Origin: Chiloscyllium plagiosum
Taxonomy: Eukaryota
Direction of reading: 5' to 3'
NCBI RefSeq assembly: GCF_004010195.1
Contig: NC_057759.1
Location: 945,340-988,824 of the forward strand
Length of the DNA: 43,485 nt
Part shown: positions 11,590-22,239 of the stretch, one piece after another
How the letters are laid out: each line of letters begins with the position of its first letter
Numbering within the stretch: the stretch's first letter is position 1
Made by a program: the position numbers and the translations under genes
The notes under the pieces: model-generated
Seen by the model: only the letters and a program-made list of their open reading frames with translations
Databases searched by the model: none
What the model was told of the DNA's origin: nothing

Positions 11590-12420
11590 GATGCATCAGT
11601 GTGATTTGGACAAGAAGAATGAGTGGACCAATGTACGACAGATGCAGGTTATTGTGGATCAGCGTGAGATTATCCAATTGAGAGCAAAAACAGGATGTTG
11701 AAATATCCGAATAGTGATGGATTGGGAAAGGGTGAGGTGTAATAAGACTGGGTGCCCCTCATACACCAGTCACTGCAAGTGAACATTGCAGAGGTAACAA
11801 GCGGTGAAGGGGGTAGATGGAATGTTGGCCTCCATAGTGAGAGGATTCGAGACCAGGAGCAGCGATATCGTACTGCACTTACAGAGGATGAGACCATATC
11901 CTGGAATACTGTGTGCGCAGTTTGAGGTCTCCTTATCTGAGGAAGAACGTTCTGGCTATGGAGGGACTGCAGGGAAGATTTCCCAATATGATGCCTGGGA
12001 TGGCAGGACAGACGGATGGAGAGAGACTGTATTAATTAGGATAATATTCACAGCAGTTTAGAAGAATGGCGTGGAATCTAATAGAATTGTAAGAGGACTA
12101 AACAGGGTAAACACAGGAAGGATGTTCCTGATGAACAGGAGGGAGGACAGAACCAGGACGTCACAGTCTGAAGGAGATGGATTAGCATGGAGATGGGGCT
12201 TAATGCTTTCACATCGAGAGAGTAGGAGCCTGTGGAATTCTCTGCCACAGAAAGCAGTCAGGGCCAGAACACTGAATGCTGTTCAGGAAGGAGCTGGATA
12301 GAGTTCTTAGGGCTGAAGAGAGAAAATGGGGAACAGGAGACTGAGTTGGATAATGCTATTGAACGGGGAGATTAGGTTGGAAGGGCTGAATGACCTACTT
12401 CTGCCCCTACATTTTATGGC
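11590..12420 (+). mobile_element. Degenerate CR1 LINE 3' fragment
   Basis: Decayed GMLASIVRGFE.RS..IVL.L, LEYCAQF, LWNSLPQKAV motifs and CR1 3' UTR. Confidence 0.75.
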
Positions 12421-12545
12421 GTATTCTTCAATTATTCTGATAATAATCCACAGTTCATGTTTTACACTGTGGATGCAAGGTATAAATCTACCTGCACGTT
12501 CTGTGGCAATAGTCGTGGTCTACTTAGACATAAAATGTTACAAAC

Positions 12546-12580
12546 CTTCTTCAAATCGGAGGAGAAAGCAATTTCGTTGC
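12546..12580 (-). CDS. Candidate downstream exon (GNEIAFSSDLKK), phase 1 to 0
   Basis: Very strong acceptor ttctttctcatctgtttctctttcattttcAG, donor gaag|GTTTGT; phase-compatible with the upstream exon. Confidence 0.45.
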
Positions 12581-13593
12581 CTGAAAATGAAAGAGAAACA
12601 GATGAGAAAGAACTCTTTGCAGGCATTAGCGATTCGATCTGGTCCCTGGAGGGCTGATCAACACTAAAGACAGAGCTGCATCTTGTGAAATTGTAGCTGT
12701 GCTTTTGTCAATTTAAAAAAAAAACACTCAGTGCAATACTTTCTAAATTGTGTCCCTCTCAATCAATCCAGACATTTCAGAATATTGCATTTAGAAAAGT
12801 CGAAACTGTTGAAATCCAGCAATTGTTTTTCTGACCATTAAGACGGTGTATCAGTTTTTACGATGCTTGTCAGTGGAACATCTTCGACGGGCCGTCTTAA
12901 TCTCGTTAGTCTTTGCACCACTTGCTCAGTACTTGTTCATAAAAGACAGGAGTGAACTATTCGGGTTCCATACATTTGGGTTTTAACTGCTGTATGCTGC
13001 TAGTTCAGTGTGATTCAGCTGGCTGCATGGCTAGTTTTTGCAAAGCATTATATGTCAACCTTTGACATCAACATGGTTACAATTCCCACACCAGCTGAAG
13101 TTACCCTGAGGGACTTTCGTTCTGAACCTCTCCTCTCTCAACACGCACAATGACCTGCAAATTAATTTTGATGATCCTCCCACTTCTCTCTCTCTCTCCC
13201 TCTCTCTCTCTGTCTCTCGCTGTCGAATGAGAGGACAGGATAATGGCCTGGAAGAACATGACTTTTACTGCTCATCCCATGAGAAGCATTTGCATGATAA
13301 TTGTAAGCTCAACTTTCTGAACAACAATAAAATTGATGATGCTTTTATTTTCTTGGCTATCTCAAAACATTGAGTGGCAGTATTTGGCAAATTGGCCTTG
13401 AGTATTATGTAACAAAAACGGGACTTGCTTTCCACAGATCTCTCTCCACAGATGCTGCCAGACCTGCTGATTTTCTCCAGAAATGTCCGAATTTGTTTCA
13501 GATCTGCATCATCTGCAATTCTTAGTTTTATGTGAAACTGATCTGTATCTGCCTCAGAGAAGAATAATGTACGTGATGCACTGCCATTCTCAC

Positions 13594-13683
13594 CCACAGA
13601 TTCCCTCTCTAATTGCTCTGTGAGTTTGTTCTGGATCACTGACAACATATAAATCATCTCCAAATTCTTTGTCTTTGTCCTAT
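13594..13683 (-). CDS. Candidate cytoplasmic exon (DRTKTKNLEMIYMLSVIQNKLTEQLERESV), 90 nt, phase 1/1
   Basis: Acceptor ctctctccctttcctctcccacAG, donor gtgg|GTGAGA; only the phase-1 frame is open from this AG. Confidence 0.45.
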
Positions 13684-14015
13684 CTGTGGGAGAGGAAAGG
13701 GAGAGAGCAGATCAGATTAGAACTTGCTTCTGATTGGCTGGTTTACTGCCCAATATTCGTAAGTGCTGGAGTTTTTTTTAGCTCATGCTCCAATCCCTCA
13801 CACTCCCGTCACTGCAAGCACCATGTTACTGCATTTCCCTGTTTGGAACTGGTGTCTCTCTCTTTCACTCTCTCTCTCACACACACACACACTTCCCCAG
13901 CAACTGGGATCGTGCTATTGTTGGAGGTTCAATGATTCCACCCTCCCCACCACAAACACCCACCCCTCCCATCCTATCTCACACGATCGTAGTACTGAAG
14001 CAAAGAGATCTTTGC

Positions 14016-14075
14016 CGGGCTCTTTTCTCTTCTTGATGGTGACCTCTGAATAAACCAGATCTGCAGTGGTGTTTT
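14016..14075 (-). CDS. Cytoplasmic ITIM exon of Ig-superfamily receptor ([20 protein letters not shown])
   Basis: Acceptor actttatttccttgtAG; 60 nt, phase 1/1; canonical ITIM LVYSEV; donor is non-canonical GC (cccg|GCAAAG). Confidence 0.7.
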
Positions 14076-14131
14076 CTACAAGGAAATAAAGTGCCACAAG
14101 GAACACACCTCGGTCCGATAGCGTCACTATA

Positions 14132-14232
14132 ATGGATGGATGGATGGATGGATGGATGGATGGATGGATGGATGGATGGATGGATGGATGGATGGACGGA
14201 CGGACGGACGGATGGATGGATGGATGGATGGA
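14132..14232 (+). repeat. (GGAT)n/(GGAC)n tetranucleotide microsatellite
   Basis: About 25 near-perfect units. Confidence 0.98.
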
Positions 14233-14999
14233 CAAATATATTTGGAATGAGATACACAGGAGCTTGATTAGGAAGGGGGATGAAGGTTAAAGGGGAGAAA
14301 GGTGGAGAGTGAGGTTGAGGCACACATTTGCTCCAATTGACGGAGAGAGGTGTCTCGATAGGCTGAATTGCCTAATTTTGCTTCTGTATCTTATGGTTTC
14401 GAGATCTTATCTTGATATGTAGACAGATAAACATGCATATAGAGACATTTCATTAGGCATCATTAAGTTAGCCAAGACCTCTCCAAAGACTAATGTAAGG
14501 GAAAAGTGGTCCTTTTCATTTTCAATTGCTCGGCGCTCGTGCGTCTGAGGAACCGGGTCTTTGCACATAATCGCTCATTGTAAACAACATCTGTTGAATT
14601 TCTCAACACTGGAGAACTCCGCCCTTAGTTTCCAAGGTTACTTGAGATAAAATAAGCGTTATTAAGTCGAACAAAACACCCTAATTGAGATCCAATTACA
14701 GAATGTTATCAACAGTAGCCGTTTGGAAAAGAGATTAGTTGAAGATAAAGGTCTACAGCACAGAAGAAAAGCTCATTGAATGTGTGCCAGTCAAAAACAA
14801 ACAGTCAAAAACTTTCAGATCCCATCTCCCCTGCGCTTGACCTGCAGGTTTAGCATCGCAAGTGCACATTTAAATTCTTCTTCAATGAGGATTGCTGCCT
14901 CTCCCACCCTTACAGGCTGTAGTTTTCAGACTTCCCACCACCCTCTGGTATTCCTCACATTCCCTGTGAATCTCCTGCTCCTTACTTCAATCTATGGTG

Positions 15000-15990
15000 G
15001 CCAAGGTGATGAAGAAGGCATATGGCCTGCGTGAATTCATCAGACAGGGCATGGAGTACAAGAGTTGGCAATTTATCTTGCAGTTACGTAAAATCCTTGT
15101 TAGGTCACAACTGGAGCATTGTGTACTGCTTTGATCGCCACACTACCAGAGGACATGGAAGCTTTAGACAGAGTGCAGAGAAGGTTCACTGGGATGTTGC
15201 CAGCTCTCAAGGACATTTGCCAGGAGGAAAGGTTCAAACACTATGATTGCGTTCATTGGAAAGACGGCAGCTGAGAGGAGACATGATGGAAGCCTCCAAA
15301 ATTACGAGAGGCACATAGGGTAGATTGTCAGAGGCTTTTTCCCAAGGGTGATGTTTTAATTTACAAGGGGGCACAGATTCAAAGTGGGGAGGGGGGGGAT
15401 TTAAAGGAGATGTGCGAGGGAAGCTTTTCATGCAGTGAGTGGTCGGAACCTGAAAAGTATTGCCAGAAGTGATGGTGGAAGCAGGCACGTTTAAAAGGTA
15501 CCTGGGTGGTCACGTGGACAGGGAGTGAATAGTGGGATAAAGACCAAATAAAGCCATGAGCTGTGTTTATGTTTTGAGTTTGGTTAGGACATGATGATCA
15601 GCACAGGTTTGGAGGGCCAAAGGGCCTGTTCCTTTCCTATACTTTCCTTTTGTTCATTTCTTTTCCATGGCCCCCATTAATCCTTCCAGTGGGAAGGAAA
15701 TGTTTCTTCCTGTTTACCTTTTCTAAGCTCGTCATCACTTTGTACATCCTAAACAAGAAGCAGTTGGTAACTCTGGGGGTTAAAGGGATTGAAGGGTATG
15801 GCGGAGAAAGCGGGGAACCAGGGGCTGAGTTGGATGTTCAGCAGTGATTCTATCAAACAGGCAGGACAGGCTAGAAGGACTAAATGGCCTATTGCTAGTT
15901 TCTGTGGGAACTGGAGGCGGAGTTGAATGGTCAGCCATGATTATAATGAATGGCAGGGCAGGCAAGAAGGGCTGAATGGCCTCCTCCTGT
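15000..15990 (+). mobile_element. Cluster of degenerate CR1 LINE 3' fragments
   Basis: KSLLG..LEHCV, L.RVQRRFTGML and RRQLRGDMM motifs, with repeated CR1 tails (GGGCCAAAGGGCCTGTT; GGGCTGAATGGCCT). Confidence 0.7.
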
Positions 15991-16148
15991 TCACTACCTT
16001 CTGCACCCCTTCAGACACCGCAGCTCCATGGAAATCGGCCCCACCCGAGCCATCTGATGGCTTGGATGTTTATCCAGAATTTCTACTAGGTTACAGTGCA
16101 ATGTCACTGTGTGGGGCTCTTTAATCACACCGATACAATGGCACTCAC

Positions 16149-16222
16149 CAGCATTGTGTGCTGCTCCAACTACCGCATACTCCAGATTGCTAGCTGCTGC
16201 CCCTTCACCAGAAGGTTGGGAT
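16149..16222 (-). CDS. Duplicated cytoplasmic ITIM exon, copy 2 (RSQPSGEGAAASNLEYAVVGAAHNA)
   Basis: Acceptor cttcctttccttcccctttctactggaactAG, donor gctg|GTGAGT; 74 nt, phase 2 to 1; ITIM LEYAVV. Confidence 0.7.
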
Positions 16223-16424
16223 CTAGTTCCAGTAGAAAGGGGAAGGAAAGGAAGTCATCATTTCGAATGCAATGCTTTCAAAACCATGTTCAACTTCAAC
16301 AAAAAGGCAAAGCTATCACAGAAAGCACAAAACACATCGAGATCTGGTATTTCCTGGTCCTACGTCCCTGGTTTCCATCCGAACATCGAGTTTTCTCACC
16401 TTCAAGGAGCTGCTCAGTTCTCCA

Positions 16425-16595
16425 ACTTGTTTTCACTAATGTTCTTTGGAGAAGGAAATCCGCCTTCCTTACCTCGTCTGGGCCTTAATGTGACTGCATA
16501 CTCTGGTTAAATATAACTGCCCTCTGGGGCACTTAGGGATGGACAATAAATGCTGCCCCAGCCAGTGACAGCAACATCCCCATGAATGAAGAAAA
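16425..16595 (+). mobile_element. SacSINE1-like DeuSINE 3' half (second copy at 17143-17313)
   Basis: TTCACTAATGTTCTTTGGAGAAGGAAATCCGCC...AACTGCCCTCTG...CAATAAATGCTG...CATCCCATGAATGAA; same family as 10320-10650. Confidence 0.7.
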
Positions 16596-16772
16596 GTTGT
16601 CTGGGACCTTCCTGGAATATGGTTGCCTGGTTAGTCGATAAGACGCAAGTTAAAAGAATGCAGTCATATCCAAGCTCCCTCTATGTCTTATTCACTTCTG
16701 TCGTCTCTCCCTGATTGAGAAGAATCAGGATAAACAATTACAAAAATTACAACCGTCATTTCTGTCATTTAC

Positions 16773-16803
16773 CTCCTGGGCTGTGACTCAGTTGACGAAT
16801 TGA
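16773..16803 (-). CDS. Duplicated 31-nt cytoplasmic exon, copy 2 (VNSSTESQPR), weak acceptor
   Basis: Same as 17491-17521 except the first base. Donor ggag|GTAAAT is retained. The acceptor is junction-derived (gcactgtaacctAG) and lacks the original pyrimidine tract. Confidence 0.4.
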
Positions 16804-16866
16804 CTAGGTTACAGTGCAATGTCACTGTGTGGGGCTCTTTAATCACACCGATACAATGGCACTCAC

Positions 16867-16940
16867 CAGCATTGTGTGCTGCTCCAACTACCGCATACTC
16901 CAGATTGCTAGCTGCTGCCCCTTCACCAGAAGGTTGGGAT
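16867..16940 (-). CDS. Cytoplasmic ITIM exon, copy 1 (RSQPSGEGAAASNLEYAVVGAAHNA)
   Basis: Strong pyrimidine tract plus AG, donor GTGAGT; 74 nt, phase 2 to 1, matching the phase-2 end of the 31-nt exon. Confidence 0.75.
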
Positions 16941-17490
16941 CTAGTTCCAGTAGAAAGGGGAAGGAAAGGAAGTCATCATTTCGAATGCAATGCTTTCAAA
17001 ACCATGTTCAACTTCAACAAAAAGGCAAAGCTATCACAGAAAGCACAAAACACATCGAGATCTGGTATTTCCTGGTCCTACGTCCCTGGTTTCCATCCGA
17101 ACATCGAGTTTTCTCACCTTCAAGGAGCTGCTCAGTTCTCCAACTTGTTTTCACTAATGTTCTTTGGAGAAGGAAATCCGCCTTCCTTCCCTCGTCTGGG
17201 CCTTAGTGTGACTGCATACTCTGGTTAAATATAACTGCCCTCTGGGGCATTTAGGGATGGACAATAAATGCTGCCCCAGCCAGTGACAGCAACATCCCCA
17301 TGAATGAAGAAAAGTTGTCTGGGACCTTCCTGGAATATGGTTGCCTGGTTTGTCGATAAGACGCAAGTTAAAAGAATGCAGTCATATCCAAGCTCCCTCT
17401 ATGACTTATTCACTTCTGTCGTCTCTCCCTGATTGAGAAGAATCAGGATAAACAATTGCAAAAATTACAACCGTCATTTCTGTCATTTAC

Positions 17491-17521
17491 CTCCTGGGCT
17501 GTGACTCAGTTGACGAATTGG
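17491..17521 (-). CDS. First cytoplasmic exon (ANSSTESQPR), 31 nt, phase 1 to 2
   Basis: Acceptor gttctctctttcccttcAG, donor ggag|GTAAAT; phase-compatible with the TM exon. Confidence 0.7.
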
Positions 17522-17675
17522 CTGAAGGGAAAGAGAGAACATTTTCAGCATAATTTACAGTAACTTTGCACTGTCACAGATTGGAGCTGCCAAAACATTA
17601 TCTCAGTCTTATACAGGAAACAAACACAACAAGAGATGATAATTATCAAACCTGTCTTAATGCATTAAACAGCTG

Positions 17676-18075
17676 CATAGGGTTAGGGTGTTGGATAGGA
17701 TTAGGGTGAGGGCTAGGATTATGATGAAGCTTAAATTTAGTGCTAGTGTTTGGTTAAGGGTCATGGTTAGAGTTATGTTAAGAGTTAGCTTTAAGGTTAG
17801 AGTTATGGTTTGGATTAAGGTTAGGGTTAGAGACAGGATTAGGTTTAGGGTTAGGGCTAGGGCTAGAGTTAGGCTTAGGATTAGCGTTAGCTGTTTCGTT
17901 AGGACCAAAGTTAGAGTTAGGGTTAACGTTATGATGGAGTTACGTTGACGTTTACGGTCAAAGTTTGCGTTTGTGATGTGTTTGGGTTATGGTTAAGCTT
18001 AGTGTTAGAGTAAGGGTTAAGGTAAGGGTTTAGGGTTAGTCTTTGGACTTGGGTTCAGTTTATGATTGGGGGTAG
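17676..18075 (+). repeat. Degenerate interstitial telomere-like (TTAGGG)n hexamer array
   Basis: About 400 bp of GTTAGG/GCTAGG/GTTAGA/GTTATG hexamer variants, mostly in register. Confidence 0.85.
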
Positions 18076-18384
18076 GTCAGCCTGTCCAGTGAATACTGAA
18101 TACATTGAAGGAAGACATAAACAACGTTTTAATGAGTCATAGTTAAAAGAGAGTGAGGCAGGAAAGTGAAGTTGATCTCAAGACGTTGTCATTAACATGA
18201 GCTATTTAGGCCTTAGAAACTTTCTTTTTTTTTGGGAGGGGGGGGGGGTGTGTGTGGGGGGGGGGGGGGGGGGGGGGGGAGGCGGCTGTCACAGTTACCC
18301 GATCCAACAGGCTAACTTTGTGAGTGCTGTCCCTCCAGACTGTCAAGAACACGGTCTACTCCAGTTCCTGACCCTGACACTTTC

Positions 18385-18500
18385 CTCATTCCTGTAGAAG
18401 GGCTCATGCCCGAAAGGTCGATTCTCCTGACCTGCTGCGCTTTTCCAGCAATACATTTTCCGCTCTGATCTCCAGCATCTGCAGTCCTCACTTTCTCCAT
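18385..18500 (+). mobile_element. PLE-derived hammerhead short element (mutated core)
   Basis: CCTGTAGAAGGGCTCATGCCCGAAAGGTCGATTCTCCTG...GATCTCCAGCATCTGCAGTCCTCACTTTCTCC; same family as 5776-5985. Confidence 0.8.
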
Positions 18501-18614
18501 CACCTCCTTCCCCCAGCTCCCCTCATTCTGCTGAAAGGTTACATTCTGGCAAGGATGGCAGTGTCATGATGTGGGGATGTGGAACAAATCTCATTCCCAT
18601 GGAATGTTACAGAC

Positions 18615-18713
18615 CTGTGTCCTTCCGGTGGATGTAGCACACTGACACAACCAGGCCAGCCAACAGCAGAACTGGGAGGAGCGATGCCATGATTTCCTTG
18701 GAATAACTCCGAG
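18615..18713 (-). CDS. Transmembrane exon of Ig-superfamily receptor (ARSYSKEIMASLLPVLLLAGLVVSVCYIHRKDT)
   Basis: 99 nt, phase 1/1; acceptor ttcttgttgggttccAG, donor acag|GTCTGT; 21-residue uncharged hydrophobic span followed by HRK. Confidence 0.8.
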
Positions 18714-19509
18714 CTGGAACCCAACAAGAATTTTCGGCTCACGTTAACAAATTCACAAGGAAGTTTTTTTCACATTACCCCTGCGTCAGGTGCACAGTTA
18801 ACATCAGACTGACCAACCCCCCACAGATATGGAAGTGGGGGGTTCCATGGAAGTATCGAGAGTATCACAGTGTGGAGAATTCACCAATCCCACTTTCCCA
18901 TACTAACCCCACAAAGCCTTCAATGTTATGACATTTCAATTGCTGATCCAAGTACTGTTTAAAGGTTGGGAGTTTCCCTGCCAGCCAGTATGTTCCAACC
19001 TCCACCATCCTTTGGGTGGAACAATCCTCAATTTCCTGCTTTAAACCTCCCGTCCTTCACTTTATAATGGCCTCCCATCCCACCCTTGTAACTGATCCTT
19101 TGACTACGGGGAACACATGCTTCCTACTCCCCGGTCCCTTCCCCTCACATCTCCACCGGATTTCTCTCTCAGCATTTACTGTTTCATAGAAAATATCCCA
19201 AGATTATCCAGCCTCCCTCTCTTCCTCGTTAAAATCCAGAAAACGTCCTGGTAAATCTTCTCTGCACACTGCCTTCTCCATGGGGCGTGCAATTCCAGAT
19301 ATTTTTTGCATTCAAATTCCACCATCTGGTATGGGCGGGATCCCAGGAACACCACCCACCAACACTCTGGATCAATAACCTATGATAATACCACCCAGCT
19401 ATCACCTCCCCAATTGAGATGGTTAACAGTGTCTAATTGGTACAGACTGGATGGAGCGAATGGTCTTTCTCTGCGCTCTGTCTATGTTCGATCCGAGTGT
19501 CACTGTTAC

Positions 19510-19805
19510 CTCGCATCGTGAATTCGATGTAGTCGCTGGTCACATTAAAAATGGTGTTGTTTGTTCCTTTGTTGATTGCTGCACTGTGATACCTCCCGAC
19601 ATTGTCTCTCTGGAATGAATGAATAACCAGCTCACCACCATTGGCAGTCACATAGTAACCTGCACTGCCATTTCGTAGCAGCACGTTGTCACGGTACCAA
19701 GGGGTTCAGTGTCTTCCCTCACCCAACACCGGAGAACAAGGTGATTCCCGGACTGTATCTCAGTCCCATTAATGAAGTGAATCAGCACAGCATCTGTGAC
19801 AGGAA
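19510..19805 (-). pseudogene. Ig (C2/I-set, FcR-like/PECAM-like) domain exon with frameshift and second Cys>Ser
   Basis: Acceptor gttttctcctcAG, donor cgag|GTAACA. Translates xPVTDAVLIHFINGTEIQSGNHLVLRCWVREDTEP, frameshift near 19700, then WYRDNVLLRNGSAGYYVTANGGELVIHSFQRDNVGRYHSAAINKGTNNTIFNVTSDYIEFTMR. 296 nt is not divisible by 3, and YHS (agt) sits where YxC is expected. Confidence 0.85.
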
Positions 19806-20602
19806 CTGAGGAGAAAACACACCGTGATCAAAGAGCATGGAGTTTACCCATTGATTCAGATCGTCAGTGGGAATCAGTTTGACAATGATTTTCAAAGAGA
19901 GTTAGGGAATTCGATACATTCAGAAACTAATGCAATGGATGAGTGCGGTGGAAGTGGTTGAAGAGGGGACATGAACAACATTTAAAAGTCGCTTGGCCAA
20001 GTGCATGGATAGGAGTGGTTGAGAAGGATATTGGACGAAGTGCAGGGACATTGGGCTGTGCCATTTTTGTTTCAAAAACTGTGATGCTGGAAAAGCATAC
20101 ATAACATTCCTGATGTAGAGCTTATGCCCGAAACGTATCCAAACTGAATCTCAAAGGGTTAAACTTTCTGCAAACTGCAGAGGGTTAGCGCTAAGTCTGT
20201 GTGCTTGTCTCGCTTTCTCTCTCTCGTGCACGCACGCACACACACTCACAAACATTTTAGAAGATGACAACGAACAATAAAGACTAATTATTTCTGCAAA
20301 GCATTCTCGACATTCTAAAACTTGACAGTTCTGTTTTTAGTATCTATTTAAACAATCTCATTTAGGGTTCCATTAGGGTACTGTGAGAGTGAAATGGGGG
20401 AAGTCACATGACGATACAGACCAAGAGCAATCAAGGTATCATCTTACCTTGTGGGCCCATTGGTCTCAGGTCTCACCCTTAGGTGAAGCTCCTCTTTTCC
20501 AGTTTCATTCAAACGTAGCCCTTGTTGGAACCCTGCTCACAGCGTCAAATTATTAAAGTACAGATTTGAGACAGCCCAGGGAATCCCTTGTGGATTCAGA
20601 CC

Positions 20603-22058
20603 TGTAAAGGCTCTCTCTTGGTTCGTCCCAGAGATTGTACTCTTTAAAAGTCTGGAATCAAAACCTCTTACAGACAATTTAGTTTAATTTTAGTCAGCCC
20701 TTTATTCACTAATAGCATCATTGTTACAACATAACACTGATACCTATAAACTAAACTAACTCGGTTATAACTAGGAGAGTAGAGTACCAGCAGGCGACTC
20801 CGATGTACTGGTCCAAAGTGGCTTCCTTTATCAAAAAGTTTACAAAGACATTGCACGTTTTTAATTAGACAGAAAACAGTGAAAGACAATAATTCGTAAG
20901 GAAGTAAACTGACAGATCTGTGTGCGCTTGATTGATCACTCCTACGGGCCTTGGGCTATCAATCAGGTAGGAAAAACATACCTAGCTGAGTTAAGCATCT
21001 GCTCACGAGATAAGTTCCGATAAAGAAGTACCAGTTTAAATTAAGTGGGAGATGTCATAAGGTAACCTTGCACAGCTCGCATGTCTGATATCAATGTTTT
21101 ACGAAATGGCTTATTAGCAAGGAGGGCAAACTGTTGACCATAAAATGGCTTCCTGACAGATTGTGTCAGAATCTCTTCAATGTTAGGTCTAGAATAATTT
21201 TAAACTGGGAGCAGATTCTTGCTTTTTATCTTAAGCACAGAATCATTCTGTAACTGAGGCTGAAATGTTACCGCACGGTTGAATTTAAAATGATTAATTA
21301 ATCTCAAATTAAACATGCCTTCTTTTCAAGATTGTGATTCAAATTCAAATAAGACATAAGATCGGACTAGTTAGAATTGACAGTTGGGGCAGTCTGTAAG
21401 GCCTGTAGAGTGGCCTGCAAGAAGAGCAAGTAAATTAAAACTTCATTAATATTACCTGGTAATGGCTACTCAATATCATCATAAAGTCCCAAAATTCAGT
21501 TAAATTCAATGCATAGCAGGTAAGCACTGAGTTAATTTTCCACAGGCTCCAATATCCTCAGCACTAAAATGGTCTGTCCCCCTAGTGTTCTTTTGAACTA
21601 TCAAGTCAGCAGTTTTTTTCTCTCGGTTAAAGTTCCATTAATATTACCTTTTGCAGAGTTTGTACTTAATAACTGGTAATGGCTACTCAATAGCATCATA
21701 GAGTCCCAAAATGCAGTTAAATTCAATCCTTTGCAGATAAGCACCGAGAGTTAATTTTCTACAGGCTCTAATAGCCTCCGCACTAAAATTGTCTCCCTCT
21801 CTAGTGTCCTTTTGAACTCTCAAGTCAAAAGATTTTTTTTCAGTGTCTGCCCCACTTGCAAGGGGTAATAAGAATCCATTATCATTGGCAGCATCAGACC
21901 ATTAATTACAACGCTTTTGATAGTATCGAGTTTCGTTTCAGGGTCAGAATCAAACACTCTCATTAATTTCACAAGGGAACGACTGTGAATGTTGTCACTT
22001 GGTGTCCTGTTCACACGGATTCACTGATGCTAAGGCAAACGTTCTTAATAGCCTTACA
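20603..22058 (-). mobile_element. Possible solo-LTR-like element with internal ~218-bp diverged direct repeat
   Basis: TGTAAAGGCT...AGCCTTACA imperfect inverted ends; minus-strand AATAAA near 20705; direct repeat 21457-21620 vs 21675-21840; no TSD found. Confidence 0.3.
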
Positions 22059-22239
22059 GCATTTTGTTATCACTTGGTAAGACCAGATTTCCCTATCTTC
22101 TGCATTCCTTGAGATTTCTCCCCCGCCACCACCCAACTTTTTCTGGGCCTTCCTGCCTGTCTATTTTCTAGTGCAGTACGTGTGTTCTACAATTCAATAT
22201 TACGTTTTAGTCTAAATGTTTAAAGATAAGTTGGAAGGC

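Larger units (their letters stand above)
16085..17520. repeat. 718-bp tandem duplication (16085-16802 / 16803-17520)
   Basis: Direct alignment at offset 718; about 6 substitutions seen by eye. Confidence 0.95.

Noticed and set aside
14555..14608. Minus-strand STDVVYNER, resembling a tyrosine-motif exon
   Set aside because: No hydrophobic residue at Y+3, weak acceptor and no convincing donor.
16400..16443. 44-nt minus-strand exon candidate (phase 2 to 1, donor GTGAGA), also at 17118-17161
   Set aside because: Its acceptor and 5' half derive from an antisense DeuSINE. The 74-nt ITIM exon fits the same phases with stronger signals, and including both would frameshift.
16096..17228. Plus-strand ORFs of 130-142 aa, present twice
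   Set aside because: Antisense to the ITIM exons, run into SINE sequence and have no recognisable domain; they repeat only because of the duplication.
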